A program made the translations under genes and the position numbers. DNA of 64,000 bases from Bacillota bacterium. Its GTDB lineage: Bacteria > Bacillota > DTU025. A model generated the notes under the pieces. That model saw only the letters and a list, made by a program, of their open reading frames with translations. It was not told where the DNA came from and ran no database searches. The stretch spans positions 256,001 to 320,000 of the forward strand of contig JBMNJT010000002.1 in assembly GCA_050951805.1 (NCBI GenBank), given 5' to 3'. Of the stretch, positions 18,271-27,958 are shown in pieces; the first letter of the stretch is position 1, and each line of letters begins with the position of its first letter.

Positions 18271-18738
18271 TTGCGCGAACTGGACCTGCACGGCATGAAG
18301 ACCGCAGATGCCATGTCATTTTTTATGAGAGAATACGATAATGCCCTTGAGTCGGGTTCATCCAGTCTAAAGGTGATTCATGGGTACGGATCAGGAGGGG
18401 TCGGAGGAGATACCCGCCGTTGCATAAGAGCGCTTCTGTCTGCAAACCCTGCGTGCGTTGACTACGTTGCAGGTGAAGAGGTTGATGGAAATCCCGGGTA
18501 TACAGTCGTCTACCCTAAGAGGCGGTTGCCGTCAGGTGCTACGGGACTCTACGATTCCATCATACAGTTCTGTTCATCACCTAAGACAAAGTCCGCGATC
18601 GTAAGGCGTTTTGTGAGAAGGACACCGGAGAGCGAAATAGACAGGGCCTTGAGAGATCTCGAAAACAGGGGGAGATTGCGGACGTTTTTCAGAAATGGCA
18701 GAAAACACTATATAGATTCCCGATCGGGCCGCGTGTGA
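18271..18738 (+). CDS. Stand-alone Smr-domain protein with a C-terminal winged-helix-like region
   Basis: ELDLHG, VIHGYGS and GNPGYTVV Smr motifs; GGAGG RBS before TTG18271. Confidence 0.8.
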   Translation: MRELDLHGMKTADAMSFFMREYDNALESGSSSLKVIHGYGSGGVGGDTRRCIRALLSANPACVDYVAGEEVDGNPGYTVVYPKRRLPSGATGLYDSIIQFCSSPKTKSAIVRRFVRRTPESEIDRALRDLENRGRLRTFFRNGRKHYIDSRSGRV

Positions 18739-18874
18739 GGTTCTAAGGCGCAGCCTGGCAGAGAACCCATCTTTCGCAATGTGGCGTACTGTGTGGGCTG
18801 AGCAAATGCATGAGCCGGACGTGAACTCGCATGAGGAGTTTCACACTTTCGACATTGAAAGGCGGCATTGATTG

Positions 18875-19264
18875 ATGGGAGGCAGAATCAAAGTTATCGG
18901 CGTGTTTGAGCCAGAAGAGGACTGGCATCTGGAGGACGAAGATGGCCAGCGCCTTGAGGGCGCGCTCAGTCCTGTTGCGCATCTTGTTGCCAGTTTAGTG
19001 GGGTGCTCGGGACTGACTATGCGCGGGGTCATGGACAAGATGAAAATAGAGCATCAGGGGATCGTGATCGAGGGAATAGCGGCCATCTCTGACGAGCGTC
19101 CCACATTTGTGCGGTCCATTTCGCTGGAGGTGTCCGCCCCGGGCGCCTGCATTAATGAAGCTCAATTCGCCAGCATCCTGGAGATGACTGAGAAATACTG
19201 CCTGATCGCTCAGACATTCAGACACGGGCCTGAGCTGATCCTATCAGCGAAAACAATACCCTAA
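18875..19264 (+). CDS. Divergent OsmC-family protein
   Basis: SPVAHLVASLVGCSG and EKYCLIAQT Cys pair. Confidence 0.7.
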   Translation: MGGRIKVIGVFEPEEDWHLEDEDGQRLEGALSPVAHLVASLVGCSGLTMRGVMDKMKIEHQGIVIEGIAAISDERPTFVRSISLEVSAPGACINEAQFASILEMTEKYCLIAQTFRHGPELILSAKTIP

Positions 19265-19280
19265 TAGGAGGATTGCTGGA

Positions 19281-19550
19281 GTGAACGATGAGCAGAAGCG
19301 TGACGTCATTAACCGGCTTAAACGAATAGAGGGCCAGGTAAAAGGCGTACAACGCATGATAGAAGAGGACAAATGCTGTGCTGACACACTGGACCAAATC
19401 GCTGCCGCGCGCGCTGCTCTGTACAATGCAGGCGTTCTGTTACTCGAGAGGCATGCGCGGGATTGCGTTATGGAGGCGATGGCCGAAGGCGGAGAAGGCG
19501 AGGTCATCGATGAGCTTGTGCGCGTGATCAAGAAGTTTGCCAGGTCGTGA
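19281..19550 (+). CDS. CsoR/RcnR-family metal- or sulfur-sensing repressor
   Basis: RLKRIEGQVKGVQRMIEE..C..LDQIAAARAAL...HARDC (Cys-His-Cys fingerprint); AGGAGG RBS. Confidence 0.9.
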   Translation: MNDEQKRDVINRLKRIEGQVKGVQRMIEEDKCCADTLDQIAAARAALYNAGVLLLERHARDCVMEAMAEGGEGEVIDELVRVIKKFARS

Positions 19551-19578
19551 AGGCCGAAGAACTGTCCGAGACAAAAAT

Positions 19579-19636
19579 GCCGACCGGGCTGACGCTGCCA
19601 TGGTTGAGACTGCAGCTGCCCGGCCGGCTTCTTTTC
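19579..19636 (+). terminator. Probable terminator
   Basis: CCGACCGGGC...GCCCGGCCGG followed by CTTCTTTT. Confidence 0.5.
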
Positions 19637-19875
19637 GACGGGTGGACATGGCGATGACTTAATCTGGAGCGAGCAGGTGCGTGAGAAAATCGTTTCCGTG
19701 AGAAACAACCCATATGTCACGTCTTATCCTGCCCGCCGCTCATAGTCTGCTCCCATAAATGGAACTTATTCAAGTTTGGCTTCGAAAAATTCAGGGGAAA
19801 TATGACCATATGCCACAACCATTAGCGATTCCCCGAGGCACAACTTCTGGCTGCCTCAACACTCTGGACAGAGCA

Positions 19876-21027
19876 TTACTTTAGCATGAGCGTGTCTCCG
19901 GGATACTCGCCAAGCACTACGGTGAGGTAGTGCTTCTGTCCTCCCCTCAGAACATACATCACTACCTTGTCGCCCACCTTCTTCTTGCTTATCTCCTCGG
20001 CGAGCGACATCTTTGCGGTAATCTGTTTCCCGTCGATCTCCTTGATGACATCTCCTTCTTTGAGTCCGGCTTTTTCTGCCGGACTATCTTGTATCACATT
20101 GGTCACAAGGATTCCGTTGGCATCCGACAGGCCCAGCTGCTTTGCGATATCGTCATCGAGCTGCTGATACCAGATTCCAATCCATGGGGTGGGCCCTTCA
20201 TCGTAATTGACGATGTCTTTCAGCGTATCTTTGACGGAATTGATGGATATGGCAAACCCAAGTCCCTGTGCGTACGGGATGATCGCCGTGTTTATGCCGA
20301 TCACTTTGCCTTCCATGTTGATGAGCGGACCTCCGCTGTTTCCGCTATTGATGGCCGCGTCAGTTTGGATGAGATCCCCCGTGGCCAGAGTTCCGCCACT
20401 CTCGTCGTCTATGCGTCTTCCGACCGCGCTCACAACCCCTGCAGTAACAGAGTGATCAAACCCGTAGGGATTCCCGATAGCCACTACCCAATCCCCTTGA
20501 CGCAACTTACTCGAGTCGCCCAGCTGGGCTACGGGGAGGTTATTGGCCTTTATCTTGATGACCGCCACATCGGCATCTTTGTTTCCGTTAACGACTCTTG
20601 CAGTGAACTTTCGTCCATCGGTCAGTGTAACCTCCACTTTCCGGGACTCTTCTACCACGTGATAGTTGGTAACGACATACCCGTCTGGACTGATGATGAA
20701 CCCTGAGCCCGTGCCCGGCTGTATTCTCTCGCCGCCGAAGAAATCTCGGAAAAACGGACCGAAGAAGCCGTCATCGGGGAAAGGGGACCTGTAGCTTACC
20801 ACTCGCTCAGTGTCGATTCTGACCACAGCTGGCCCTACCGTTTCTGCTACATCTGCTATAGATGGCAGGTTTCCGCTGTAGCTTGAGGCAACGATCGGCG
20901 TTACCGCTGCGGCAGTGTCTCCTTTGCGTTCAGGGAACCCGTATGACACCACTACAATCGATGTTATCACGCTGCTTATTATCGCGATAACGACCAGGGG
21001 CAGATACTTCTTAAAAGATGCTTTCAT
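19876..21027 (-). CDS. htrA: HtrA/DegP-type serine protease with one PDZ domain
   Basis: GSGFII, TNYHVV, IQTDAAINSGNSGGPL; C-terminal PDZ; N-terminal TM. Confidence 0.93.
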   Translation of the reverse strand: MKASFKKYLPLVVIAIISSVITSIVVVSYGFPERKGDTAAAVTPIVASSYSGNLPSIADVAETVGPAVVRIDTERVVSYRSPFPDDGFFGPFFRDFFGGERIQPGTGSGFIISPDGYVVTNYHVVEESRKVEVTLTDGRKFTARVVNGNKDADVAVIKIKANNLPVAQLGDSSKLRQGDWVVAIGNPYGFDHSVTAGVVSAVGRRIDDESGGTLATGDLIQTDAAINSGNSGGPLINMEGKVIGINTAIIPYAQGLGFAISINSVKDTLKDIVNYDEGPTPWIGIWYQQLDDDIAKQLGLSDANGILVTNVIQDSPAEKAGLKEGDVIKEIDGKQITAKMSLAEEISKKKVGDKVVMYVLRGGQKHYLTVVLGEYPGDTLMLK

Positions 21028-21653
21028 CTACCATACCTCCGTTCTGGAGATGTTACTTGCATAAAATAGTCATCGTAGATATCACGAAGATCGAGACCAT
21101 GTTGGCTGGCGTTTGCCGCTTTTCCTGAAGCCTGTGTGGGCTCGAGCAGCCAAATGTTTTCCCCAAGGACTTCCTCCAGAGCATCGCTTGAACTGAATGT
21201 TCCGGCTGCATGGATACGAACACTGGGAGATGTCAGTTCCAACTGGGGATTAGGCTTGCTGGATGCAATCGGCGGTTGCGATTTGTCTGGTGCGCCGAAC
21301 AAGCTGATTCCAAGGAGCGCCTGAACCAATGGGATAACAATGAGCGTCCCAGCGACCGCCGCCGGAATCACCAACTTAATGAATGACCAGGCAGGTTTCG
21401 TAGAATCGTCCCGCTTCATCTCCCTATCAAAAGGAATCAAGGTTATCTGGCGTTCCACCTTTTCCCATACACATTCCGGACATTGCGCAGGGGTCATCGA
21501 GCTTAGCGCGCGCTTCACCTCCAGGGTTGCTGTGTATGTTGCCATGCAGCTTGAACAGACGGCCAGATGCTGCCTGACCCTGTTCCTGTCATCTTCAGAG
21601 AGTTCATGGTCGATATAGGCAGAAATGAGGCGCTCAGCCATGTTGCACGTCAC
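21024..21653 (-). CDS. Zinc-binding (zf-HC2) transmembrane anti-sigma factor
   Basis: LISAYIDHEL...HLAVCSSC (HxxxCxxC); one TM; overlaps both neighbours. Confidence 0.9.
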   Translation of the reverse strand: MTCNMAERLISAYIDHELSEDDRNRVRQHLAVCSSCMATYTATLEVKRALSSMTPAQCPECVWEKVERQITLIPFDREMKRDDSTKPAWSFIKLVIPAAVAGTLIVIPLVQALLGISLFGAPDKSQPPIASSKPNPQLELTSPSVRIHAAGTFSSSDALEEVLGENIWLLEPTQASGKAANASQHGLDLRDIYDDYFMQVTSPERRYGR

Positions 21654-22255
21654 TTTTGGCTCACCTCCCGCGACCGCTCTTCGAGGTAAGGAGAGATTCG
21701 CTCCCGGAGCGCTCGCCTGCCCCGGTGTATCCGTGATCTTACGGTCCCAATGGATGTGCCCATTATCTGCGCTATCTCTTCATAGGAGAAGCCTTCAATG
21801 TCGCAGAGAATGACAGCCATCCGATACTCTGGGGAAATGGAATCGAGCGCGTCTTGAATGAATGCATCAAGATGGTCCCTGTCATAGACTGTCTCTGGAT
21901 TGCTGGACATATCCGGGATCTCCTTGTCGAGTTCATCTCCCTCGGATGTAGTAATTCGTTGGTCAAGAGACTCGATATACGGTCTCCGTTTTCGACGCCG
22001 CAGTTCGTCTATATATAGATTAGTCACTATGCGATACAGCCACTTGTCGAAGGAGGTTCCCCGCTTATAGCTGTCGAACGATCTGTAAGCCCTGACGAAA
22101 GCCTCCTGTGTCAAATCACGGGCCTCCTCAGGGTCGCCGCTCATTCGAAGTGCAATATTGTAAACGGAGTTTTGGTGCCTCCGAACGAGAGATTCGAACT
22201 CCGTGGCCTTCGACACGGGCTGTGCAGGTCTTGCAATCGCATATTCGTTGCTCAA
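21650..22255 (-). CDS. ECF RNA polymerase sigma factor
   Basis: ARDLTQEAFVRAY, WLYRIVTN, SYEEIAQIMGTSIGTVRSRIHRGR. Start set at TTG22255 (alternative ATG22279) because the ORF-track start lies upstream of the ECF promoter. Confidence 0.92.
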   Translation of the reverse strand: MSNEYAIARPAQPVSKATEFESLVRRHQNSVYNIALRMSGDPEEARDLTQEAFVRAYRSFDSYKRGTSFDKWLYRIVTNLYIDELRRRKRRPYIESLDQRITTSEGDELDKEIPDMSSNPETVYDRDHLDAFIQDALDSISPEYRMAVILCDIEGFSYEEIAQIMGTSIGTVRSRIHRGRRALRERISPYLEERSREVSQK

Positions 22256-22298
22256 TTGAATCACCCACTCACATGCCATTTGAGCGTCTACCCGTAAT

Positions 22299-22324
22299 AA
22301 CGACTGACGCAAGAGGCGAGTTCC
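22299..22324 (-). promoter_or_regulatory. ECF-type autoregulatory promoter
   Basis: Minus strand GGAAC-N17-CGTT directly upstream of the ECF sigma gene. Confidence 0.75.
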
Positions 22325-22429
22325 CTGTGTCAATTATACCTGAAACTACGCCGGTATGTGAGGGACACAGGATCCTCAATGGGCACTTGCTGGAATTTGC
22401 CTGCGTGCGTACACTAGAATGCGGAAGGA

Positions 22430-23743
22430 GTGCGTGTTTGGATGCATCGGAAAGCAGGAATTGCTCCGCCACAGCCTGTTGTGATTGTTGTGGAGAAGCT
22501 AAAAAGCTGTGGACATACCGCGTACATTGCAGGGGGAGCTGTGCGGGACATGATTATCGACCAGCGCCGCCCTGGCGATTGGGACATCGCTACTTCTGCT
22601 ACTCCGGCCGAGGTAAGTTCGTGTTTTGAGCATGTCGTGCCCACGGGGTTAGCTCATGGAACTGTCACAGTAATAGAGGAAGGCATGAGCATAGAGGTGA
22701 CCACGTACAGACATGACGGCCCGTATGTTGATGGCAGGCGCCCGGAGCATGTGGTGTTTTTGGATGACATCGCTGCCGATCTTGCAAGGCGGGATTTTAC
22801 AATAAATGCAATGGCATTCGATCCGACCACAGGCGAGCTAGTCGATCCCTATGGCGGCGTGTCCGACATTGAGGCCAGGCTCATCCGCTGTGTGGGCGAT
22901 CCTGCCGAACGGTTCAGCGAAGACAAGCTTAGGATGCTCAGGGCTGTACGTTTTGCGGCAACGCTCGGATTCAGTGTAGACTCTTCAGTTGTGGATGCCG
23001 CGCGGGCGTTGGCGCCAGGGATCGTACAGGTATCGGTGGAACGCATTATGGATGAGCTTGTGAAAACCGTGCGTGCTCCGAAACCCGGTGCAGCTCTCGT
23101 ACTCATGGAGGATATGGGACTTGCCTCCTATATCCTTCCTGAGTTGTGTTGCGAGGTCGGAGAAGAAGAAAGGAAGGCCCTTTATGCAGCCTGTGATAGA
23201 TTGCATCCAGAGCCTAAGGAGCGCTTCGCGGCTCTCCTTTCGCCATTGGGGCCGAACGGTGCTCGCATTGCCTTGGCGAGAATGCGGGTCTCCAACCAGT
23301 TTTCCATTACGGTGTCTCGAATAATTGAAGGCGCTCAAAACCTTGGCCAAAACCCATCAGACTACCAACTGAGACTGACGGCGTCCCGAGTTGGGCAGGA
23401 TTGCCTGCTTCCGGCTGTTCGGCTCAACCGCGCATTGTGCAGGCAGGGGACAGGGTCTTTGGCGGTTGCGGATCTCGGGAGTGAGGGAATCGAGGCAGTT
23501 GAAAGCTTGGAGGAACGAGCCGGGTCAGTGCTGGCCGCAAAGCCTGCGCTGAGAATTGCTGACCTCGACATCAGTGGCAAGGAGGTTATGGAGGCAACAG
23601 GCCTCAGCCAAGGACCCAGAGTAAGGATCGTTTTGCAGCGGCTGCTTGACCAAGTGCTCCACGATCCGTCGGCCAACAAAAAGGAATGCTTGCTTGAAAT
23701 GGCAACAGGTATAGCGGAAGAGATGGAGCAGGAATTGGCGTAG
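22430..23743 (+). CDS. cca: CCA tRNA nucleotidyltransferase (class II)
   Basis: GGAVRD, DWDIAT, EVTTYR, RRDFTINA, EDKLRMLRAVRF. Confidence 0.88.
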   Translation: MRVWMHRKAGIAPPQPVVIVVEKLKSCGHTAYIAGGAVRDMIIDQRRPGDWDIATSATPAEVSSCFEHVVPTGLAHGTVTVIEEGMSIEVTTYRHDGPYVDGRRPEHVVFLDDIAADLARRDFTINAMAFDPTTGELVDPYGGVSDIEARLIRCVGDPAERFSEDKLRMLRAVRFAATLGFSVDSSVVDAARALAPGIVQVSVERIMDELVKTVRAPKPGAALVLMEDMGLASYILPELCCEVGEEERKALYAACDRLHPEPKERFAALLSPLGPNGARIALARMRVSNQFSITVSRIIEGAQNLGQNPSDYQLRLTASRVGQDCLLPAVRLNRALCRQGTGSLAVADLGSEGIEAVESLEERAGSVLAAKPALRIADLDISGKEVMEATGLSQGPRVRIVLQRLLDQVLHDPSANKKECLLEMATGIAEEMEQELA

Positions 23744-23861
23744 GGGGCACACCTGAGATGCGCAGTAGATGCGCTGGGTTGATGACTAATGGTATTTGTG
23801 TGCCCATAAGATGGAGCTCGCCAGGGACTGTGCTGATAAGGTTTTTTGGGGGGGATTGTGT

Positions 23862-25019
23862 TTGGCCAGATCGTTGAAGGTAGTCATAGCTCCGGATTCG
23901 TTCAAGGGAAGTCTTGCTGCAACCGAAGTGTGCCGAGCTGCAGAAGAAGGGCTTCGCAGGGTGTGGCCCGACGCTGAAGTGGTGCGTGTCCCTATGGCCG
24001 ACGGTGGAGAGGGGACCGTTGAGGCGTTAGTTGATGCTACCGGCGGTCAAGTTATTGATGTTGAAGCCACAGGGCCTTTGGGCGACAAGGTGCAGGCTTT
24101 CTTCGGCATCCTAGGCGATGGAACGACAGCTGTGATCGAGATGGCAGCCGCGTCGGGCCTACCGCTTGTGCCTTTAGACAAGCGGAATCCTATGACAGCT
24201 ACGACGCGGGGAACAGGAGAACTCATCGCCGCGGCGCTGGACAGGGGCTGCCGGAAGTTCATCATAGGGATAGGAGGCAGCGCCACCAATGATGGCGGGG
24301 CAGGGATGGCCCAGGCGTTGGGGGCGCGATTGCTGGACGCTGAAGGAAAAGAGATAGGACCTGGAGGCGCGGAGTTGGCGAGGCTCACCAGGATAGACAC
24401 GTCCGGTATGGATCGACGGCTGGTTGGAGCCGAATTCGTTGTAGCAAGCGACGTGGACAACCCGCTTACAGGGCCTAATGGAGCGTCGGCGGTATACGGT
24501 CCGCAAAAGGGCGCCACCCCGGAGATGGTTCAAGTCCTCAACGCTGCTCTCGCAAACTATGCCTCTGTCATCCGGCGCGACCTGAGAATCGACGTAGAGG
24601 CGATGCCTGGGGCGGGGGCAGCAGGAGGATTGGGCGGAGGCCTTGTGGCCTTCCTCGGTGCTCGTCTTGAGCCCGGGGTCGAAATCGTAATTGAGACCAC
24701 GGGACTTAAAGAGAAGGTATCAGGTGCAGATCTGGTCATTACGGGAGAGGGCCGTATCGATTTCCAAACGCTTTATGGCAAGACCCCTATGGGGGTTGCC
24801 AGGGTCGCAACGGAGTGCGGCGTTCCGGTGGCGGTATTGGCCGGGTCTGTGGCTGACGACGCCAGAGGACTACATGATCACGGAATCGATGCCCTGCTTA
24901 CCGTGGTCAAAGGGCCGTGCGACCTGGACGCAGCGGTCAGGCGCGCTTATGCCAACGTGGCTGATACAGCTGAAACATTGGCCAGGCTTATCGAAATAGG
25001 GAGGCGCCAGAGGGGATGA
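23862..25019 (+). CDS. glxK: Glycerate kinase (GlxK/GarK family)
   Basis: VIAPDSFKGSL, PMADGGEGT, GIGGSATNDGGAG, YGPQKGA, ITGEGRID. Confidence 0.93.
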   Translation: MARSLKVVIAPDSFKGSLAATEVCRAAEEGLRRVWPDAEVVRVPMADGGEGTVEALVDATGGQVIDVEATGPLGDKVQAFFGILGDGTTAVIEMAAASGLPLVPLDKRNPMTATTRGTGELIAAALDRGCRKFIIGIGGSATNDGGAGMAQALGARLLDAEGKEIGPGGAELARLTRIDTSGMDRRLVGAEFVVASDVDNPLTGPNGASAVYGPQKGATPEMVQVLNAALANYASVIRRDLRIDVEAMPGAGAAGGLGGGLVAFLGARLEPGVEIVIETTGLKEKVSGADLVITGEGRIDFQTLYGKTPMGVARVATECGVPVAVLAGSVADDARGLHDHGIDALLTVVKGPCDLDAAVRRAYANVADTAETLARLIEIGRRQRG

Positions 25020-25131
25020 CCAAAGCGCACTTATTTCCGTAAATGATCCTCGGCATGGGCACGACTGCAGAACAACAAGATACAGTCTGGGAAGATGCCG
25101 GGGGGTTGGGACTTGATGTTGGGGGGCCTTC

Positions 25132-26586
25132 ATGATGTTGACAGATAATCAGAAGCGTGTTATGGGAACGCTTGCCCGAAAGCGGGTCACAGTAGTGGGG
25201 ATCGGGATTACAAACGTCCCACTCATACGCTTTCTTGCCCAAGCAGGTGCCAAGGTTACTGCCTGCGATATAAAAACAGCAGATCAACTGGGGTCGGAGT
25301 TGGCGTCCCTTTCGGGACTGGGAATAGATGTCTCGCTCGGACCGGGATATCTCGATTCTCTGGCCGATTGCGACATTGTCTTCCTCTCTCCGGGAGTAAA
25401 TCCGGAACAACCGCAGATCATGGCTGCGCGCGATGTTGGAGTCTCATTCAGCTCCGAGATCGAGCTCGTATTGAAGCTTTCTGCAGCGCCGGTGATCGGC
25501 ATTACCGGGAGTTCAGGCAAGACCACGACTACTACCTTGACAGGAAGGATATTGGCGGAAGATGCACGCCTCCACCACCCCGAAAGGGACGTGCTCGTAG
25601 GCGGCAATATTGGCACCCCACTAATAGAGCACGTATTATCAGTGGAAAGCGAGGACCTCGTTGTTCTGGAGCTTTCCAGCTTTCAGTTGAGGCTCTTGGC
25701 CGTCAGCCCGCATATAGCTGCGGTGCTCAACATAACTCCAAATCACCTCGACGTCCATCCGAACATGGAGGACTACATCTTCGCGAAGGAGAATATCGTC
25801 CGTTTCCAATCTGAGGATGATTGGGCCGTATTCGGAGAGGAAAACGAAATAACTGCGCGCATGGCGACTAGAGCGCGTGGCAATGTGCTGATGTTCGACG
25901 CGAGCGGGCCGGTGGACAGAGGGGCTTTTCTGGATGGCGAGTCATTGGTATTGCGATGCGTTGCCGATGGGGTCTGCAAAGATACAATAGTCATGGAAAG
26001 GTCTGATATCAAGATTCCTGGCATGCACAATGTCAGGAATGTGCTGGCTGCCATAGCTTTATGCAGCGCTGTAGGCGCCGATCCATCAGCGATGCGACAC
26101 GCTGTCAGCTCTTTCGAGGGAGTCGAGCACAGGCTTGAGGCGGTGGGCGAGGTAGGTGGTGTTGCCTATATAAACGACTCCATTGCCACCACGCCGACGC
26201 GAACAATTGCCGCACTGAATGCGGTGGAGCGACCCATAGTGCTCATTGCTGGAGGCTACGATAAGAACCTGCCTTTTGACGAGATGGCAGAGGTGGCGCT
26301 CGGGAAGGTTCATACTGTGGTCCTTATTGGAGTCACCTCCGACAAGATAGAGAAGGCTCTTGTGGAGGCCGCACGCAGGGCAGAATCGGAGCCGCCGAGG
26401 ATCGTCAGGGCCAGGGTGTTCGAAGAGGCAGTGGACGCAGCGCGCGCATCAGCTTCGCCTGGAGATGTTGTTCTGCTCTCGCCGGCCTGTGCTAGCTATG
26501 GCATGTTCCGAAACTTTGAGGAGAGAGGTCGAACATTCAAGGAAATTGTTGGGAGATACGTGGAAGTTGCCGGATGCAAGGAATGA
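25132..26586 (+). CDS. murD: UDP-N-acetylmuramoyl-L-alanine--D-glutamate ligase
   Basis: GITGSSGKTTTT, GGNIG, LELSSFQL, NITPNHLD, HRLE, NDSIAT, LLSPACAS..FRNFEERG. Confidence 0.96.
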   Translation: MMLTDNQKRVMGTLARKRVTVVGIGITNVPLIRFLAQAGAKVTACDIKTADQLGSELASLSGLGIDVSLGPGYLDSLADCDIVFLSPGVNPEQPQIMAARDVGVSFSSEIELVLKLSAAPVIGITGSSGKTTTTTLTGRILAEDARLHHPERDVLVGGNIGTPLIEHVLSVESEDLVVLELSSFQLRLLAVSPHIAAVLNITPNHLDVHPNMEDYIFAKENIVRFQSEDDWAVFGEENEITARMATRARGNVLMFDASGPVDRGAFLDGESLVLRCVADGVCKDTIVMERSDIKIPGMHNVRNVLAAIALCSAVGADPSAMRHAVSSFEGVEHRLEAVGEVGGVAYINDSIATTPTRTIAALNAVERPIVLIAGGYDKNLPFDEMAEVALGKVHTVVLIGVTSDKIEKALVEAARRAESEPPRIVRARVFEEAVDAARASASPGDVVLLSPACASYGMFRNFEERGRTFKEIVGRYVEVAGCKE

Positions 26587-26976
26587 CGTCGGCAGGAAGC
26601 GCTGAGATTGGGGCGGAATCTTGGCAAGCGCCATGAGTGCGAGGCCGGGTAGGCAGAGAGCTGTATTATCCGGCCGGAGCGAGGCCGAGCATCTGAGCAA
26701 GTTTTGTGATAAGTTGCCGCGCGAGTTTTCAGTTTGCATTGCTCATGTTCTGAGCTTGTGCTGCTCAATTGGACCAAGGGATCGTGCAAAACTGAGCGTA
26801 TGCTGTACGTTTCCACGATAAAATCATCGCCAGCATATTCCGGGCCTCTTGCCAGATGGGGCACGCGATTGTGGAGGACATTCCCTTTCGGGTGGGGAAG
26901 TCATGCCTTGTCGAATCGGACCATACCCCGCAAAAGCACCGGCCACTTAACGTGGATTGTGCGGAGGTGAAACACT

Positions 26977-27279
26977 GTGGATGTCCTTTCGGCGATAGTA
27001 AAGATAATTGTATCAACTGCAGATCCCGATAAGATCATTTTGTTTGGATCCAGGGCCAGTGGTGATCAAAGCCCTGACAGTGACTATGACATATTGGTCC
27101 TAAAAAAGGGTGATTACCATAAGCGGACACTTGCGCAGCAGCTTTATCGCGAGCTAGCAGTGATTCCTGCTCCTATCGACTTGGTTGTGGAAGACCCCGA
27201 CAAGGCAGAGCAGTTGCGCGATGTTCCGGGATTTATATATGGCGAAGCTCTGAGAGGGCGTGTTCTTTATGAACGATAG
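26977..27279 (+). CDS. Minimal nucleotidyltransferase (MNT) antitoxin-like protein
   Basis: LFGSRASGDQSPDSDYDILV (GS-x10-DxD); 100 aa. Confidence 0.9.
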   Translation: MDVLSAIVKIIVSTADPDKIILFGSRASGDQSPDSDYDILVLKKGDYHKRTLAQQLYRELAVIPAPIDLVVEDPDKAEQLRDVPGFIYGEALRGRVLYER

Positions 27280-27661
27280 AGTGTGGTCAATTTGGATCTG
27301 CAGAGCTAGAAGCAATCTTGCGCGCGCAAAGCACGGGAAATTCTCAGAGGATGTGTTGTACGAGGATCTTGCTTTTGATGCACAGCAGGCTGCAGAAAAA
27401 AGCCTAAAGGCGCTTCTCCTCTATTTGGGGATGGATGCTCCGCGTACACATTCCATCGGTTATCTGCTGAAGCTGATCGAAGATGGCAGCAAGATGGCAA
27501 TTCCTCCACACGTGCAAGAAGCGGCAGTCTTGTCAGACTATGCGGTAACAACTAGGTATCCGGGGAATTATGAGGCTGTAAGTGAGGAGGAATACTTGCG
27601 CGCGGTCGAGTTGGCCGATGATGTATGCAGTTGGGTCATGTCCATCATAAGGCAGTGCTGA
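27269..27661 (+). CDS. HEPN-domain protein
   Basis: FDAQQAAEKSLKALL, PRTHSI, YAVTTRYPG; overlaps the MNT gene. Confidence 0.9.
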   Translation: MNDRVWSIWICRARSNLARAKHGKFSEDVLYEDLAFDAQQAAEKSLKALLLYLGMDAPRTHSIGYLLKLIEDGSKMAIPPHVQEAAVLSDYAVTTRYPGNYEAVSEEEYLRAVELADDVCSWVMSIIRQC

Positions 27662-27958
27662 GCAGCGCGCCTTTGTTGCAAGAATGCGGTGCCGCAGGCA
27701 GTAATAGATGCTGCGATGACGCAACTGATCTCGGTTTTCCAAATACGGGTGGTAGAACGCTAGGTTGTTTAAATGCAAAGACGGATTGTAATGCCGGTCA
27801 GAAGCTGCTCGTGTTCGGAGCCGGTCGGCGTCGAAAGCCTGCAGGTTGGGCATGACGGCGCCTGACATCGTCAATGTTTCCGAAGCAATCATCGATGAAT
27901 CATTCGCCCCCGACAGGAGTAGGATTTACTCAGTCTTATCGTGTAGGGGGCGTATCAC

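Noticed and set aside
19761-19786. GGAAC-N17-CGAA, possible ECF promoter antisense to htrA
   Set aside because: Imperfect -10 and no downstream gene; could be chance.
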